Shown here: positions 1 to 9,699 of the stretch, piece after piece
Layout: every line of letters starts with the position of its first letter
Position numbering within the stretch: the stretch's first letter is position 1
Assembly: GCA_036351335.1 (NCBI GenBank)
Contig: JAZBOW010000229.1
Coordinates: forward strand, 1 to 51,657
Source: Bacteroidales bacterium
Lineage (GTDB): Bacteria; Bacteroidota; Bacteroidia; Bacteroidales; F082
Reading direction: 5' to 3'
DNA: 51,657 nucleotides
Made by a program: the position numbers and the translations under genes
The notes under the pieces: generated by a model
Databases searched by the model: none
The model's input: the letters and a program-made list of their open reading frames with translations, nothing else
What the model was told of the DNA's origin: nothing

Positions 1-1305
1 ATGACACCGAATAACCAACCCGATATAAATACACGTTTCAATAAACTGGTGGAAGCCATCAAGTTCGTATATGCCACTACATTTTTCAGATCGGCCAAAG
101 ATTATATGAAAGCCACACCACATAAAACTGAAGATGAGAAAATGGCTGTTATCATCCAGGAAGTGATCGGAAAAAAACATGGAACAAGATTTTATCCAGA
201 ATTATCAGGTGTAGGCAGGTCGCATAATTATTATGCTTTCGGTCATGCCGATCCTAAAGACGGCATTGTAAACCTCGCATTGGGCCTGGGAAAAACTATT
301 GTTGATGGCGGCAATTCATGGTCCTACACACCTGCTTATCCCAAAGCCGACCCGCCTTTCAACACCGTCAACGATATGCTAAACAATACACAGCGAACCT
401 TCTGGAGTGTGAATATGGGCAAAACATCAGCTTACGATCCTGTGAAGGAAACCGAGTATATGTTGGAAGAAAATATTGTAACTGCAGAAGAGGATGAAAC
501 CCTTCGTTACCTTGCATCCACACTTGACAGTCAGTCAGGACGGATTATTATGGGTGTTGCTAAAAGTGGGCCGCGTTTGCTGAATTTCTCTCCCATTCTC
601 CGTTTAGGTGAAATCCCTTTAAATGATTTGTTAATAAAACTGATGGATGTTTGTGAACAAAATGAAGGAGCACCCGTGGAAATTGAATTTGCCATGACTT
701 TTAACAGCAAAGGCCCGCATAAGTTTGGATTCCTGCAGGTGAGGCCTATGGCAGTTTCCAACGATGTAGTGGATATTGATAATGCGGATTTAACCGGCGA
801 TCAGGTGCTGGCTTCTTCCGAAAAGGTACTTGGAAATGGAACGAATAATCTGATACAAGACATTGTGTATATCAAACAGGAAAAGTTTGATGTAATGAAA
901 ACCTATCAGATAGCAGAGGATCTTGAAAAGATCAACCAGAAACTGGTGAAAGAAAACAAACCTTATCTGTTGATTGGATTTGGCAGGTGGGGTACTTCCG
1001 ATGCTTCGGCAGGCATCCCGGTAAACTGGGGTCAAATATCAGGCGCCAAAGCAATGATTGAAGCCGCCCTGGCCAATGTGAATTTTGAACTGAGCCAGGG
1101 GTCACATTTCTTCCACAATGTAACCGGTTTTGGGGTATATTATTTTTCTCTACCGTTTGAAAAAACGAAAACAATAGATTGGCTATGGTTACAAGAGATG
1201 TCGTCAGAAACTGAAACACAAATGATCAGGCATGTCAGCTTAAAAAAACCTTTGCATATAAAAGTGGATGGACGAACTGGAAAAGGCACCATATTAAAAC
1301 CATAG
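1..1305 (+). CDS. PEP/pyruvate-binding (PPDK_N-type ATP-grasp) family protein, C-terminal 434 aa; 5' part outside the window or a split gene
   Basis: The ORF starts at the window edge. It is collinear with the C-terminal half of 5520..8510 (EDEKMAVIIQEV vs DEEKMAVVIQSV; LALGLGKTIVDGG vs IALGLGKYIVDGG; IGFGRWGTSD vs IGPGRWGSAD; SQGSHFFHN vs SQGTHFFQN; tail GKGTILKP vs TGVVLKP). Confidence 0.75.
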   Translation: MTPNNQPDINTRFNKLVEAIKFVYATTFFRSAKDYMKATPHKTEDEKMAVIIQEVIGKKHGTRFYPELSGVGRSHNYYAFGHADPKDGIVNLALGLGKTIVDGGNSWSYTPAYPKADPPFNTVNDMLNNTQRTFWSVNMGKTSAYDPVKETEYMLEENIVTAEEDETLRYLASTLDSQSGRIIMGVAKSGPRLLNFSPILRLGEIPLNDLLIKLMDVCEQNEGAPVEIEFAMTFNSKGPHKFGFLQVRPMAVSNDVVDIDNADLTGDQVLASSEKVLGNGTNNLIQDIVYIKQEKFDVMKTYQIAEDLEKINQKLVKENKPYLLIGFGRWGTSDASAGIPVNWGQISGAKAMIEAALANVNFELSQGSHFFHNVTGFGVYYFSLPFEKTKTIDWLWLQEMSSETETQMIRHVSLKKPLHIKVDGRTGKGTILKP

Positions 1306-1308
1306 GCT

Positions 1309-4300
1309 ATGAATGAGAAAAAACCACTAGACGATCTAATTGGAGAACTTAAGGAACGAGCGAAAGAGCTGAACTGCCTATACCAGGTGCAAGAATTATT
1401 AAATAACCCTGAAAATTCAATCGAAGACATTTGCACCGGTTTGGTGGATACGATTCCGCCGGGTTGGCAATACCCTGACATTTGCAGGGCAAAAATTCAA
1501 TTGTTTTCAAAAACATATATGCCCGAGGATCTGGTTGAAACCAATTGGGTGCAAAAATCCGACATCCTCATTCAAAATGAAATAGTGGGGCACTTGTTCG
1601 TCTATTATTTGGAAGAAACCCCTGCGATGGATGAAGGGCCTTTCTTGAAAGATGAGCGAAAATTGATCGATACCATTGCCGAGCGACTCGGATTGCATTT
1701 ATTACACCTTCAGTTAAAGAATGTGTTCGATAAACAAAATCAAACGGATACTGCCCAGAAAAAGGAATGGGAAGTCATTCTTGATATGCTGAAACAAACC
1801 AATCCGAAGTTGCTAATCAGGCTGTCGCGAAAAATGGTGAATTACCTTTGCTGGACCGGCGTGAAAAAGGCTGAGGAGTTGTTGGAGCACTTTGGTTCTG
1901 CATTTTACGAAGAAGGCGAATTGATTGATGAGAATAAACCTTTCAAAAAAAGCACTGATAGTGAACTCATCAGTTTGAGTTATCGGATTTTTGAGATTGC
2001 TGAAGATAATCTTAGCCTGGGTAAGATCCTGAATAATATTCAAAAATGGACCAAGGAAGACCGGTCGGGATTTTTATCAAAGGTGCTCGAAAATATGGGT
2101 TCCTCCTTGCAGGACATCAATAACGCCATTGAGCGGTATCATCATTTAGCACCACAAATGCTGGAATTGTCGGAAGCACGTGAAAAAGGACTTCGCGTAG
2201 CCATGATCAGGCGTATATTGACTGATCAGGCTGACTATATTGATATCGCTAAAAGGTTTGTGGATGTAAACAGCTTCAATGCGTTAATGAATAAAATCAT
2301 TTCTCCGGTAGGCAGTCATGGAAAATTAGGTGGTAAAAGTGCTGGCCTGTTCCTAGCACATCAGATGATCAACAAATACATTCCAGATTATGAATCTTTC
2401 ACTGAAATTAAAGTACCAAAAACCTGGTATATTACTTCCGACGGGCTCCTGAGTTTTATGGATTATAATAATCTTGAGGAGGTAATGGAGCAGAAATACA
2501 AAGATATTGGACAGATTCGGCAGGAATATCCGTATGTGATTCAGCTTTTTAAAAATTCCACTTTTCCACCTTCCATCGTGAAAGGACTTTTAATGGCGCT
2601 GGACGATTTCGGAAGTGTGCCTTTGATCATTCGTAGCTCCAGTTTGCTTGAAGACCGCATTGGAATGGCATTTGCCGGAAAATATAAGAGCCTTTTTATT
2701 GCTAATCAGGGGACAAAAGAGGAACGATTAGTTGCGTTGATGGATGCCATTGCTGAAATATACGCCTCTGTTTTTGGGCCCGACCCCATTGATTATCGTG
2801 CAGAAAATGATCTACTCGACTATCATGAAGAAATGGGCATCATGATACAGCAGGTAGTGGGTACGAAAGTGGGTCATTATCACCTGCCGGCATTTGCGGG
2901 GGTGGCATTTAGCCAGAATGAATTCCGTTGGTCGCCACGTATAACCCGAAAAGACGGCTTGATTCGATTGGTTCCGGGTCTTGGAACCAGGGCCGTTGAC
3001 AGAATCAGCAATGATTATCCCATTTTAATTGCTCCAGGTCAGCCACAGCTTAAAGTAAATGTAACTGTCGATGAGGTTATTAAATATTCTCCCAAGTACC
3101 TGGATGTCATCAACCTCGAAAGTGGTGCTTTTGAGACTGTGGAGCTTGAAGATATAAAACAGTTCGGGAAGGAATACCCTATTATCCACCAAGTGGTTTC
3201 AAGGATGAAACAGGACTTTTTACAACTTGCCAGTCCTCTTACAATCGACTTCCAGAAAGATTTTTTGGTGGTCACGTTTGAAGGACTTATTAGTCGCACA
3301 AAATTTGTTCAGCAAACTAAAGATGTGCTTGAGATACTGAGTAAGGAATACAACAATCCGGTAGATATTGAATTTGCCCACGATGGTAGCAACCTGTATT
3401 TATTGCAGTGCCGCACACAGAGTGCAGGAATCGAATATAAACCTGCAGTTATTCCTTCAAACGTCTCCGCGGAAAAATCAATTTTTTCGGCTAATAAGCA
3501 CATTTCAAATGGTATTGTAACTGATATTACCCATATTGTATACGTTGACCCGAAGAAATACAGTGAGGTATCTGATTATGAAACCCTGAAAGAGGTTGGC
3601 CGTTCGGTAGGGAGGTTGAATAAAATTTTGCCCAAACGCCAGTTTATTCTCATGGGCCCTGGACGTTGGGGTAGCAGGGGTGATATAAAATTAGGCGTTA
3701 GCGTCACCTATTCGGAGATTAATAATACAACGATGCTTATTGAAATTGCAAAGAAGACGAACGAGTATACAACTGATCTCTCATTTGGCACCCATTTCTT
3801 CCAGGATCTGGTAGAATCAAATATTCGTTATTTGCCGCTGTATCCTGACGAAGCTGGTACTATTTTCAATGAACAGTTTTTAAAAGATGCTGAAAATGTA
3901 CTAAGCAGTTTTTTGCCGGATATGAAAAAATTAGAAGATGTAATCCATGTGATTGATGTACCGGCTTCAGCCGATGGTCAGGTATTAAACGTATTAATGA
4001 ATGGTGAAACCAACAAAGCTTTGGCTATTCTTTCAGACCCATCTGATTATATGGACGAGGAAGCAAAAGAGTTGCAACTTGGATTGAGGTCAGGCGTGAT
4101 ACAGGAAGATGTGCACTGGCAATGGCGATTGCGTAATGTGGAAAAACTGGCAGCGCAGTTAGACCCGGAAAGATTCGGCGTAAAAGGATTTTATTTGTTT
4201 GGCAGTGTTAAAAATGCCCACGCAGGACCATCAAGCGACATTGATATTTTAATTCATTTCACAGGCAGTGACGAACAAAGAAAAGAACTAAGGTCGTGGC

Positions 4301-4500
4301 TGGAAGGTTGGAGTTTATGTTTAAGCCAGATCAACTTTTTAAGAACCGGGAATAAAACTGAAGGACTGCTTGATATACATATAGTGACAGATGAGGATAT
4401 TAAGAAAAGAGATAGTTTCGCTATAAAGATTGGTGCCGTTTCGGATGCAGCTAGGCCATTGCCCATGGGCACGGCCCTAAAAAAGAATGGTTTAAAGTAA
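1309..4500 (+). CDS. Multidomain protein: N-terminal sensor-like module + PPDK_N ATP-grasp domain + C-terminal minimal nucleotidyltransferase (pol-beta/MNT type)
   Basis: 1063 aa ORF starting 4 nt after the previous stop. PPDK_N-like motifs: GKLGGKSAGLFLA, LIIRSSSLLEDRIGMAFAGKYKS. Family C-terminal block: LMGPGRWGSRGD, SFGTHFFQDL. NTase signature: GFYLFGSVKNAHAGPSSDIDILIHF (G[SG]x9-13DxD) with a later LLDIHIV. N-terminal block: ELNCLYQVQELL..PPGWQYPDICRAKI..DEGPFLKDERKLIDTIAERLG. Confidence 0.85.
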   Translation: MNEKKPLDDLIGELKERAKELNCLYQVQELLNNPENSIEDICTGLVDTIPPGWQYPDICRAKIQLFSKTYMPEDLVETNWVQKSDILIQNEIVGHLFVYYLEETPAMDEGPFLKDERKLIDTIAERLGLHLLHLQLKNVFDKQNQTDTAQKKEWEVILDMLKQTNPKLLIRLSRKMVNYLCWTGVKKAEELLEHFGSAFYEEGELIDENKPFKKSTDSELISLSYRIFEIAEDNLSLGKILNNIQKWTKEDRSGFLSKVLENMGSSLQDINNAIERYHHLAPQMLELSEAREKGLRVAMIRRILTDQADYIDIAKRFVDVNSFNALMNKIISPVGSHGKLGGKSAGLFLAHQMINKYIPDYESFTEIKVPKTWYITSDGLLSFMDYNNLEEVMEQKYKDIGQIRQEYPYVIQLFKNSTFPPSIVKGLLMALDDFGSVPLIIRSSSLLEDRIGMAFAGKYKSLFIANQGTKEERLVALMDAIAEIYASVFGPDPIDYRAENDLLDYHEEMGIMIQQVVGTKVGHYHLPAFAGVAFSQNEFRWSPRITRKDGLIRLVPGLGTRAVDRISNDYPILIAPGQPQLKVNVTVDEVIKYSPKYLDVINLESGAFETVELEDIKQFGKEYPIIHQVVSRMKQDFLQLASPLTIDFQKDFLVVTFEGLISRTKFVQQTKDVLEILSKEYNNPVDIEFAHDGSNLYLLQCRTQSAGIEYKPAVIPSNVSAEKSIFSANKHISNGIVTDITHIVYVDPKKYSEVSDYETLKEVGRSVGRLNKILPKRQFILMGPGRWGSRGDIKLGVSVTYSEINNTTMLIEIAKKTNEYTTDLSFGTHFFQDLVESNIRYLPLYPDEAGTIFNEQFLKDAENVLSSFLPDMKKLEDVIHVIDVPASADGQVLNVLMNGETNKALAILSDPSDYMDEEAKELQLGLRSGVIQEDVHWQWRLRNVEKLAAQLDPERFGVKGFYLFGSVKNAHAGPSSDIDILIHFTGSDEQRKELRSWLEGWSLCLSQINFLRTGNKTEGLLDIHIVTDEDIKKRDSFAIKIGAVSDAARPLPMGTALKKNGLK

Positions 4501-5352
4501 TTCTCTTACAGCTTTTTCGGGCGAATTTATAGTAAAGCGTATCAAAGATAATTCGGGCCCGTCATGTGCTGCATTCAAGCAAATTGTGTTGCCAATTTGA
4601 TCAGTCCAGTAACCTGTAAGTACAGTGGACTCATGCACATGCCCATGTAAAGTAAGGAATGGTTTTCGCTCTTCAATAAAACGCTTGATGGCTATACTGC
4701 CAATATGCACGTCCAATGGCACATAGTCGATCATTTTACCATCCAACGCAGCACGATCCAGCTTCGTTTGATAGGGTGGTGAATGAAAAAGAAAGATGGA
4801 TGTGGAAAGGTCATCTTCATCGCATAATTTCACAAGATCTTTCTGGATAGTTTCGTACTTGATACGCTTTTTGTCTGTTTCAACAGAGAAGGAGCCATCT
4901 TCAGGAGCTACACAACCTGGATCGATATATTTTGAAACATCATACCGCTCCCAATCTTTGAGCATGAAAGGAGAGGGTGGGATACAGGCATAACCATAAA
5001 TGGTAAAATCATGAAATTGCGCCTTCTTTTCATGCATATAAACAATCAGTCCTTCCTGGTCAGCTTTTACGAATTCCTCTTCAATAGCCCTACCATCATC
5101 ATTTCCGAGTATCGTAAAAATGGCTGGATAATCATTACCGAGTGTCTTTTTCAGTTCTCTTAGTTTTTTAAAAATAAATTCGGTGAAGTCTTCAGGCATA
5201 TCTGGATTGGAAGTAAATGCGAATAAACCCGAAGGAAGTAAATCTCCACCCAGAAATACGGCTACCGGTTTTTCCAGTTTGATCTTTTTAAACAGTTGCT
5301 CATACCGATCAACTTTTCCATGCAAATCAGAAGCAAAAAAACAGAGGGTCAT
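4492..5352 (-). CDS. Calcineurin-like metallophosphoesterase
   Basis: 286 aa with the ordered metallophosphoesterase motifs SDLHG, GGDLL, GNDD, HSPP and GHVHES. Convergent with 1309..4500; the 3' ends overlap by 9 nt. Confidence 0.85.
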   Translation of the reverse strand: MTLCFFASDLHGKVDRYEQLFKKIKLEKPVAVFLGGDLLPSGLFAFTSNPDMPEDFTEFIFKKLRELKKTLGNDYPAIFTILGNDDGRAIEEEFVKADQEGLIVYMHEKKAQFHDFTIYGYACIPPSPFMLKDWERYDVSKYIDPGCVAPEDGSFSVETDKKRIKYETIQKDLVKLCDEDDLSTSIFLFHSPPYQTKLDRAALDGKMIDYVPLDVHIGSIAIKRFIEERKPFLTLHGHVHESTVLTGYWTDQIGNTICLNAAHDGPELSLIRFTINSPEKAVRELL

Positions 5353-5409
5353 CGAAGTAAACTTAATTATTCAAATGTAATGATTTTCTAAAAGCAGTAA
5401 CCAGTCATT

Positions 5410-5447
5410 CCTCCGACATCCCCCTTTGGTGGGGGTGCAGGTGGAGG
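5410..5447. other. GC-rich imperfect hairpin in the divergent intergenic region
   Basis: cctcc(5410-5414)/ggagg(5443-5447) and ccccc(5420-5424)/ggggg(5431-5435) flank the loop tttggt. It stands out in otherwise AT-rich spacer DNA. Confidence 0.3.
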
Positions 5448-5491
5448 CCTTAGTCGTTAAAAAAATCAAGCCACCCAAACCACCAATTTCT

Positions 5492-5499
5492 TACCTTTG
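5492..5499 (+). promoter_or_regulatory. Bacteroidota-type -7 promoter box (TAnnTTTG)
   Basis: TACCTTTG lies 21 nt upstream of the ATG at 5520. Confidence 0.45.
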
Positions 5500-5519
5500 T
5501 TTCAAAGTAAATAGAGGCC

Positions 5520-8510
5520 ATGATTCCATCCAAGCTTGATATATATACCCAGAAAAAATACTTCGAAGAACAATCATTTGCCAGCTTAATGCTGAAGCGC
5601 ATCTATAATGTGCTAATCATTTCCAGTGTGTACGATGCGTTTATTTTAGAAGAAGATGGCCGGATTGAGGAACAGATATTTTACGAATATATGTCGCTAA
5701 ACCTGAGGTATCCGCCGCGTTTTTTTAATGTAACTTCAGAAAAAGAAGCTTTTGACATTTTAAAAACCGAAAATATCGACCTGATCATTTCTATGATAAG
5801 TGCCAAAGAAAAAGACACTTTTCAGTTAGCTGATGAAATAAAAGCAAGATACCCACTGATTCCCATTGTGGTGTTAACACCTTTTTCGAGGGAAGTCAGC
5901 CTGAAAGTTGAGAGTCGCAAAATGGGATCCATCGACTATGTATTCAGTTGGCTTGGCAATGCGGATATTTTACTGGCAATCATCAAACTTATTGAGGATA
6001 AGATGAATGTGGAGCATGACGTGAACGTGGTGGGCGTGCAAACCATCATTCTTGTGGAAGATAATATCAGGTTTTATTCCAGCTTTTTACCGCTCATATA
6101 TAAAATTATTTTTAAGCAGTCGAAGGCTTTTATGAGTGAAGGTCTGAATGAGCATCAAAAGATGAACCGTGCCCGCGGGCGTGCCAAAATACTTTTGGCA
6201 ACCAATTACGAAGATGCCCTAAAAATGTACAACCAGTATAAACATAATTTACTTGGAGTTATTTCTGATATTACTTATAACCGGGGTGGCAGAAAAGATC
6301 CGGAAGCAGGTATTTCACTGGTTATGCATATAAAAAATGAAAGTAAGTATACGCCATTGTTGTTACAATCATCTGATCCGCGAAATTGGGCACGCGCAAA
6401 AGTATTGAGGGTTGGTTTTATTGATAAAAACTCGAAGACGTTGATGCATGATCTGCGTGAGTTTATCAAAGAATATTTTGCTTTTGGTGATTTTGTTTTT
6501 AAAGATCCGGAAACCGGCGAACCTGTGGCAAGAGCGAAGGATTTGAAGGATCTTCAGGAAAAAATCTACCAGATACCTGAAAGATCTTTGATGTATCATA
6601 TTAAAAGGGATCATATTTCAAAGTGGTTGCGGGCACGCGCACTGTTCCCGCTGGCTTCCTTACTAAAGCAATTTACAACGGATGATTTTAAAAATAGTCA
6701 TGAAATAAGAGCTTTCATTTTTGATGCTATTGCCAATTTCCGGCTCATAAAATCAAGGGGTGTTATTGCCCAGTTTAACAGAGAGACTTTTGATGAGTAT
6801 TTTACCATCTCTCGTATTGGTGATGGATCAATTGGTGGCAAAGCACGAGGTCTTGCATTTCTTGATTCTCTGATCAAAAGAAATCACTTGTATGACTATT
6901 TTAAAAATATAAAGGTAAACATCCCAAAAACAGTGGTGCTGGGTACAGATCTGTTCGATGAATTTATGGAACAAAATCAATTGTACGCTGTTGCGCTGGA
7001 TGATAAAATCAGCGATGAAGAAATACTGGAAGCCTTCTTAAAAGCGAAGCTTCCTGACCGTTTAAGTGAAGATATTTTGGCCATCATTTCCCAAGTGGAA
7101 AAACCATTGGCTATACGATCATCGAGCCTATTGGAAGATTCATATTACCAGCCATTTGCCGGCATTTACAATACTTATATGGTACCTTTTATCAAAGGTA
7201 ATTATAGAAAAATGTTCCATATGGTACGCAAAGCGATCAAAGGGGTATATGCTTCCGCTTTCTATGCCGACAGTAAAGCATACATGCAGGCCACTTCCAA
7301 TGTGATTGATGAGGAAAAAATGGCTGTAGTGATACAATCCGTTACCGGTACAGAATACGGAAACAAGTATTATCCAACTATTTCTGGGGTAGCAAGATCC
7401 ATTGATTATTATCCGATACCACCTGAAAAATCGGAAGACGGAACTGCCAGCATCGCCCTCGGATTGGGAAAGTATATAGTTGATGGTGGGCTTTCCCTTC
7501 GGTTCTCTCCGAAGTATCCAGACAGGGTATTGCAAATTTCTTCGCCTGAGATGGCTTTAAAAGAAACCCAGAAATATTTTTTCGCTTTGAAAATGGATAT
7601 GGATGTATTTTCGCCAAGCCCTGATGATAGCAAGGACCTGCTTAAACTACCTATAAAAGAGGCCGAGAAAGACGGATCTATCAGTAAAATTGCATCGACT
7701 TATGATCTGCATAACAATATACTCAGAGACGGTTATAATTATGATGGCAAAAAGCTCATTACGTTTTCAAATATTCTGAAACATAAAACTTTACCGATTG
7801 CCGAAATCATACAAAAGGTATTGCAGTTTGGAGAACAGGAAATGGGCAAGCCTGTCGAAATAGAGTTTGTTGTGGATATGAATCCGAATGCTGAAGGGAA
7901 GATCGTGTTTGACTTGCTGCAGATCAGACCCATTGCATCCATAGCTGACAGTGTGAGTATTGATAAGAAAAAAATCAAAAAGAAGGAATCCCTGATTATC
8001 TCTGATTCAGCCCTTGGCAACGGTATTGTAAATGACATATACGATATTGTATATGTGCGGCCTCAAAATTTCAATGCGGCCAATAATAAGGAAACGGTAA
8101 ATATGGTAGGTGCTATTAATGAACAGTTTACAAAGTCAGGGAAAAACTTCATATTAATTGGCCCGGGTCGCTGGGGATCAGCAGATCCATGGCTTGGCAT
8201 ACCTGTCAAATGGCCTCAAATATCCAATGCCAGGCTGATTATCGAATCGGGTATTGATAAGTACCGAATCGACCCGAGCCAGGGTACTCACTTTTTTCAA
8301 AACCTTACCTCCTTCAGGGTTGGCTATTTTACCATCAATCCTTTTATCAACGATGGTTATTACGATATCGATTTCCTCGACAGCCAGAAAGCTGTTTTTG
8401 AAAATGAAACGGTTCGGCATATCCGATTCAAAAAACCCATGCAGATTGTTATTGATGGAAGAAAAAACACAGGTGTTGTTCTGAAACCGGGTTTTAAGTA
8501 CAAGAAATAG
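5520..8510 (+). CDS. Receiver-like domains + PEP/pyruvate-binding (PPDK_N ATP-grasp) family protein
   Basis: 996 aa. N-terminus has two CheY-like modules: the first lacks the acidic pocket (DLIISM instead of ..D), the second keeps ILVEDN ... GVISD ... LLLQSS. PPDK_N motifs: SIGGKARGLAFL, LAIRSSSLLEDSYYQPFAGIYNT. Family C-terminal block: LIGPGRWGSADPWLGIPVKW, SQGTHFFQNL. Confidence 0.85.
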   Translation: MIPSKLDIYTQKKYFEEQSFASLMLKRIYNVLIISSVYDAFILEEDGRIEEQIFYEYMSLNLRYPPRFFNVTSEKEAFDILKTENIDLIISMISAKEKDTFQLADEIKARYPLIPIVVLTPFSREVSLKVESRKMGSIDYVFSWLGNADILLAIIKLIEDKMNVEHDVNVVGVQTIILVEDNIRFYSSFLPLIYKIIFKQSKAFMSEGLNEHQKMNRARGRAKILLATNYEDALKMYNQYKHNLLGVISDITYNRGGRKDPEAGISLVMHIKNESKYTPLLLQSSDPRNWARAKVLRVGFIDKNSKTLMHDLREFIKEYFAFGDFVFKDPETGEPVARAKDLKDLQEKIYQIPERSLMYHIKRDHISKWLRARALFPLASLLKQFTTDDFKNSHEIRAFIFDAIANFRLIKSRGVIAQFNRETFDEYFTISRIGDGSIGGKARGLAFLDSLIKRNHLYDYFKNIKVNIPKTVVLGTDLFDEFMEQNQLYAVALDDKISDEEILEAFLKAKLPDRLSEDILAIISQVEKPLAIRSSSLLEDSYYQPFAGIYNTYMVPFIKGNYRKMFHMVRKAIKGVYASAFYADSKAYMQATSNVIDEEKMAVVIQSVTGTEYGNKYYPTISGVARSIDYYPIPPEKSEDGTASIALGLGKYIVDGGLSLRFSPKYPDRVLQISSPEMALKETQKYFFALKMDMDVFSPSPDDSKDLLKLPIKEAEKDGSISKIASTYDLHNNILRDGYNYDGKKLITFSNILKHKTLPIAEIIQKVLQFGEQEMGKPVEIEFVVDMNPNAEGKIVFDLLQIRPIASIADSVSIDKKKIKKKESLIISDSALGNGIVNDIYDIVYVRPQNFNAANNKETVNMVGAINEQFTKSGKNFILIGPGRWGSADPWLGIPVKWPQISNARLIIESGIDKYRIDPSQGTHFFQNLTSFRVGYFTINPFINDGYYDIDFLDSQKAVFENETVRHIRFKKPMQIVIDGRKNTGVVLKPGFKYKK

Positions 8511-8562
8511 GATTTGCCATTAATATTGCTGTCGATCAGGCAAGTGAAGACGCTCGTTTTAG

Positions 8563-9627
8563 TTATAGAAAATACGTGTCTTCTTTCAATAAATTCGCCG
8601 TTAAGCAGGAGTGTACCGGGAGTATACCAATTACATTTCCTGGCTTAAAGTTAGAAATGTCTGAAACAGGCATACGGACAATCCCATGTTCCTGTGAAAG
8701 TGAACTGACGTAAGCGAAAGGAATTGGTTCGCTCCAGCCATTTTCGTGCAGTGTTGAAACCAATCCGTAATTTTTGAAACCATTTTTATCAAGGATGTAT
8801 TCTTTTGAAAGATGGACGGCACCGCCATAAATTACCAATTCATTTCTTTCAGCATGGACAGCCACAACAGGACAGGCAACCGCTGCTGCGATCTGATCAA
8901 ACGTACCCGACCCTATGCGCATTTGCATCACATCATAATACACGAAATTGCCCGGACGTATCTCATTAGCACCAGAAAAATTCTTTAATATACTGCATGA
9001 TGGTGTATCGCCGTAGCTGATGATTATATGCGGGAAATCATGCACGAACTTTTTTTTCAACACCTTGAGTTGCGTAATGGATGATGAGCCGATATCCCTG
9101 ACTTCATTTGCTGATTGTGCCTGATAAGTATGTCCGGCATGTGCCAGAAAACCTTTAAAGTGAAGTTTTCCTGATGATTGAATGAGATATATGATGGCTT
9201 CAATGTCTTCTAAGTTTTGAGGATCAATGCCGGTGCGGTGGTAACCGGTATCAATTTTGACAAAGATTCCCACATCGAATGAAAGATGTTCAGCTAAAAA
9301 TTCTGTCGAATAAATAGATTCTACCAGTAGGTTCAAAGTAATCTCAGAAGCCAGCTTATCAATTTCTTCTATTTCAGTCAGGTTTACAGGAAATGCGATG
9401 GTGATATCATTCCATCCATCAGAAGCAAAAAACCGGGCCATAGAAACAGATGATACTGCGATTTTTGAAACGCCTCTTTCCCTAAAAAGTTCACCAATTT
9501 CAGCAGATTGATGGGTTTTAAAATGAGGCCTGAATACCACATTGTTTCGATCAGCTTTACGAAGCATTTTTTCAATATTCTTTTTTACTTTCTGTTTATC
9601 GACTATGAAAGATGGTTTATTCCACAT
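8563..9627 (-). CDS. PLP enzyme of the alanine-racemase-N-terminal / DSD1 (D-serine dehydratase, D-threonine aldolase-like) family
   Basis: 354 aa. It has VVFRPHFKTHQS (PLP-lysine context typical of this family). Size and C-terminal HSCLTANL region are consistent with the family. Confidence 0.7.
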   Translation of the reverse strand: MWNKPSFIVDKQKVKKNIEKMLRKADRNNVVFRPHFKTHQSAEIGELFRERGVSKIAVSSVSMARFFASDGWNDITIAFPVNLTEIEEIDKLASEITLNLLVESIYSTEFLAEHLSFDVGIFVKIDTGYHRTGIDPQNLEDIEAIIYLIQSSGKLHFKGFLAHAGHTYQAQSANEVRDIGSSSITQLKVLKKKFVHDFPHIIISYGDTPSCSILKNFSGANEIRPGNFVYYDVMQMRIGSGTFDQIAAAVACPVVAVHAERNELVIYGGAVHLSKEYILDKNGFKNYGLVSTLHENGWSEPIPFAYVSSLSQEHGIVRMPVSDISNFKPGNVIGILPVHSCLTANLLKEDTYFL

Positions 9628-9699
9628 GGTTTACATTTTACAATAACAAAATTAGGTGATAATCGTTTTGATTTAATACTTTTGATAAAAAGCATCCTC

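Noticed and set aside
7943-7951. Single extra copies of AGCTGACAG (7943-7951 plus strand; 14657-14665 as reverse complement).
   Set aside because: They are single 9-mers inside coding regions. About 0.4 chance hits are expected in this window. Only the tandem pairs at the island ends were treated as meaningful.
9508-9699. N-terminal 64-codon extension of the lipoprotein ORF.
   Set aside because: It overlaps the start of the divergent DSD1-like gene and lacks signal features. The Met at 9700 gives a canonical signal peptide plus lipobox.
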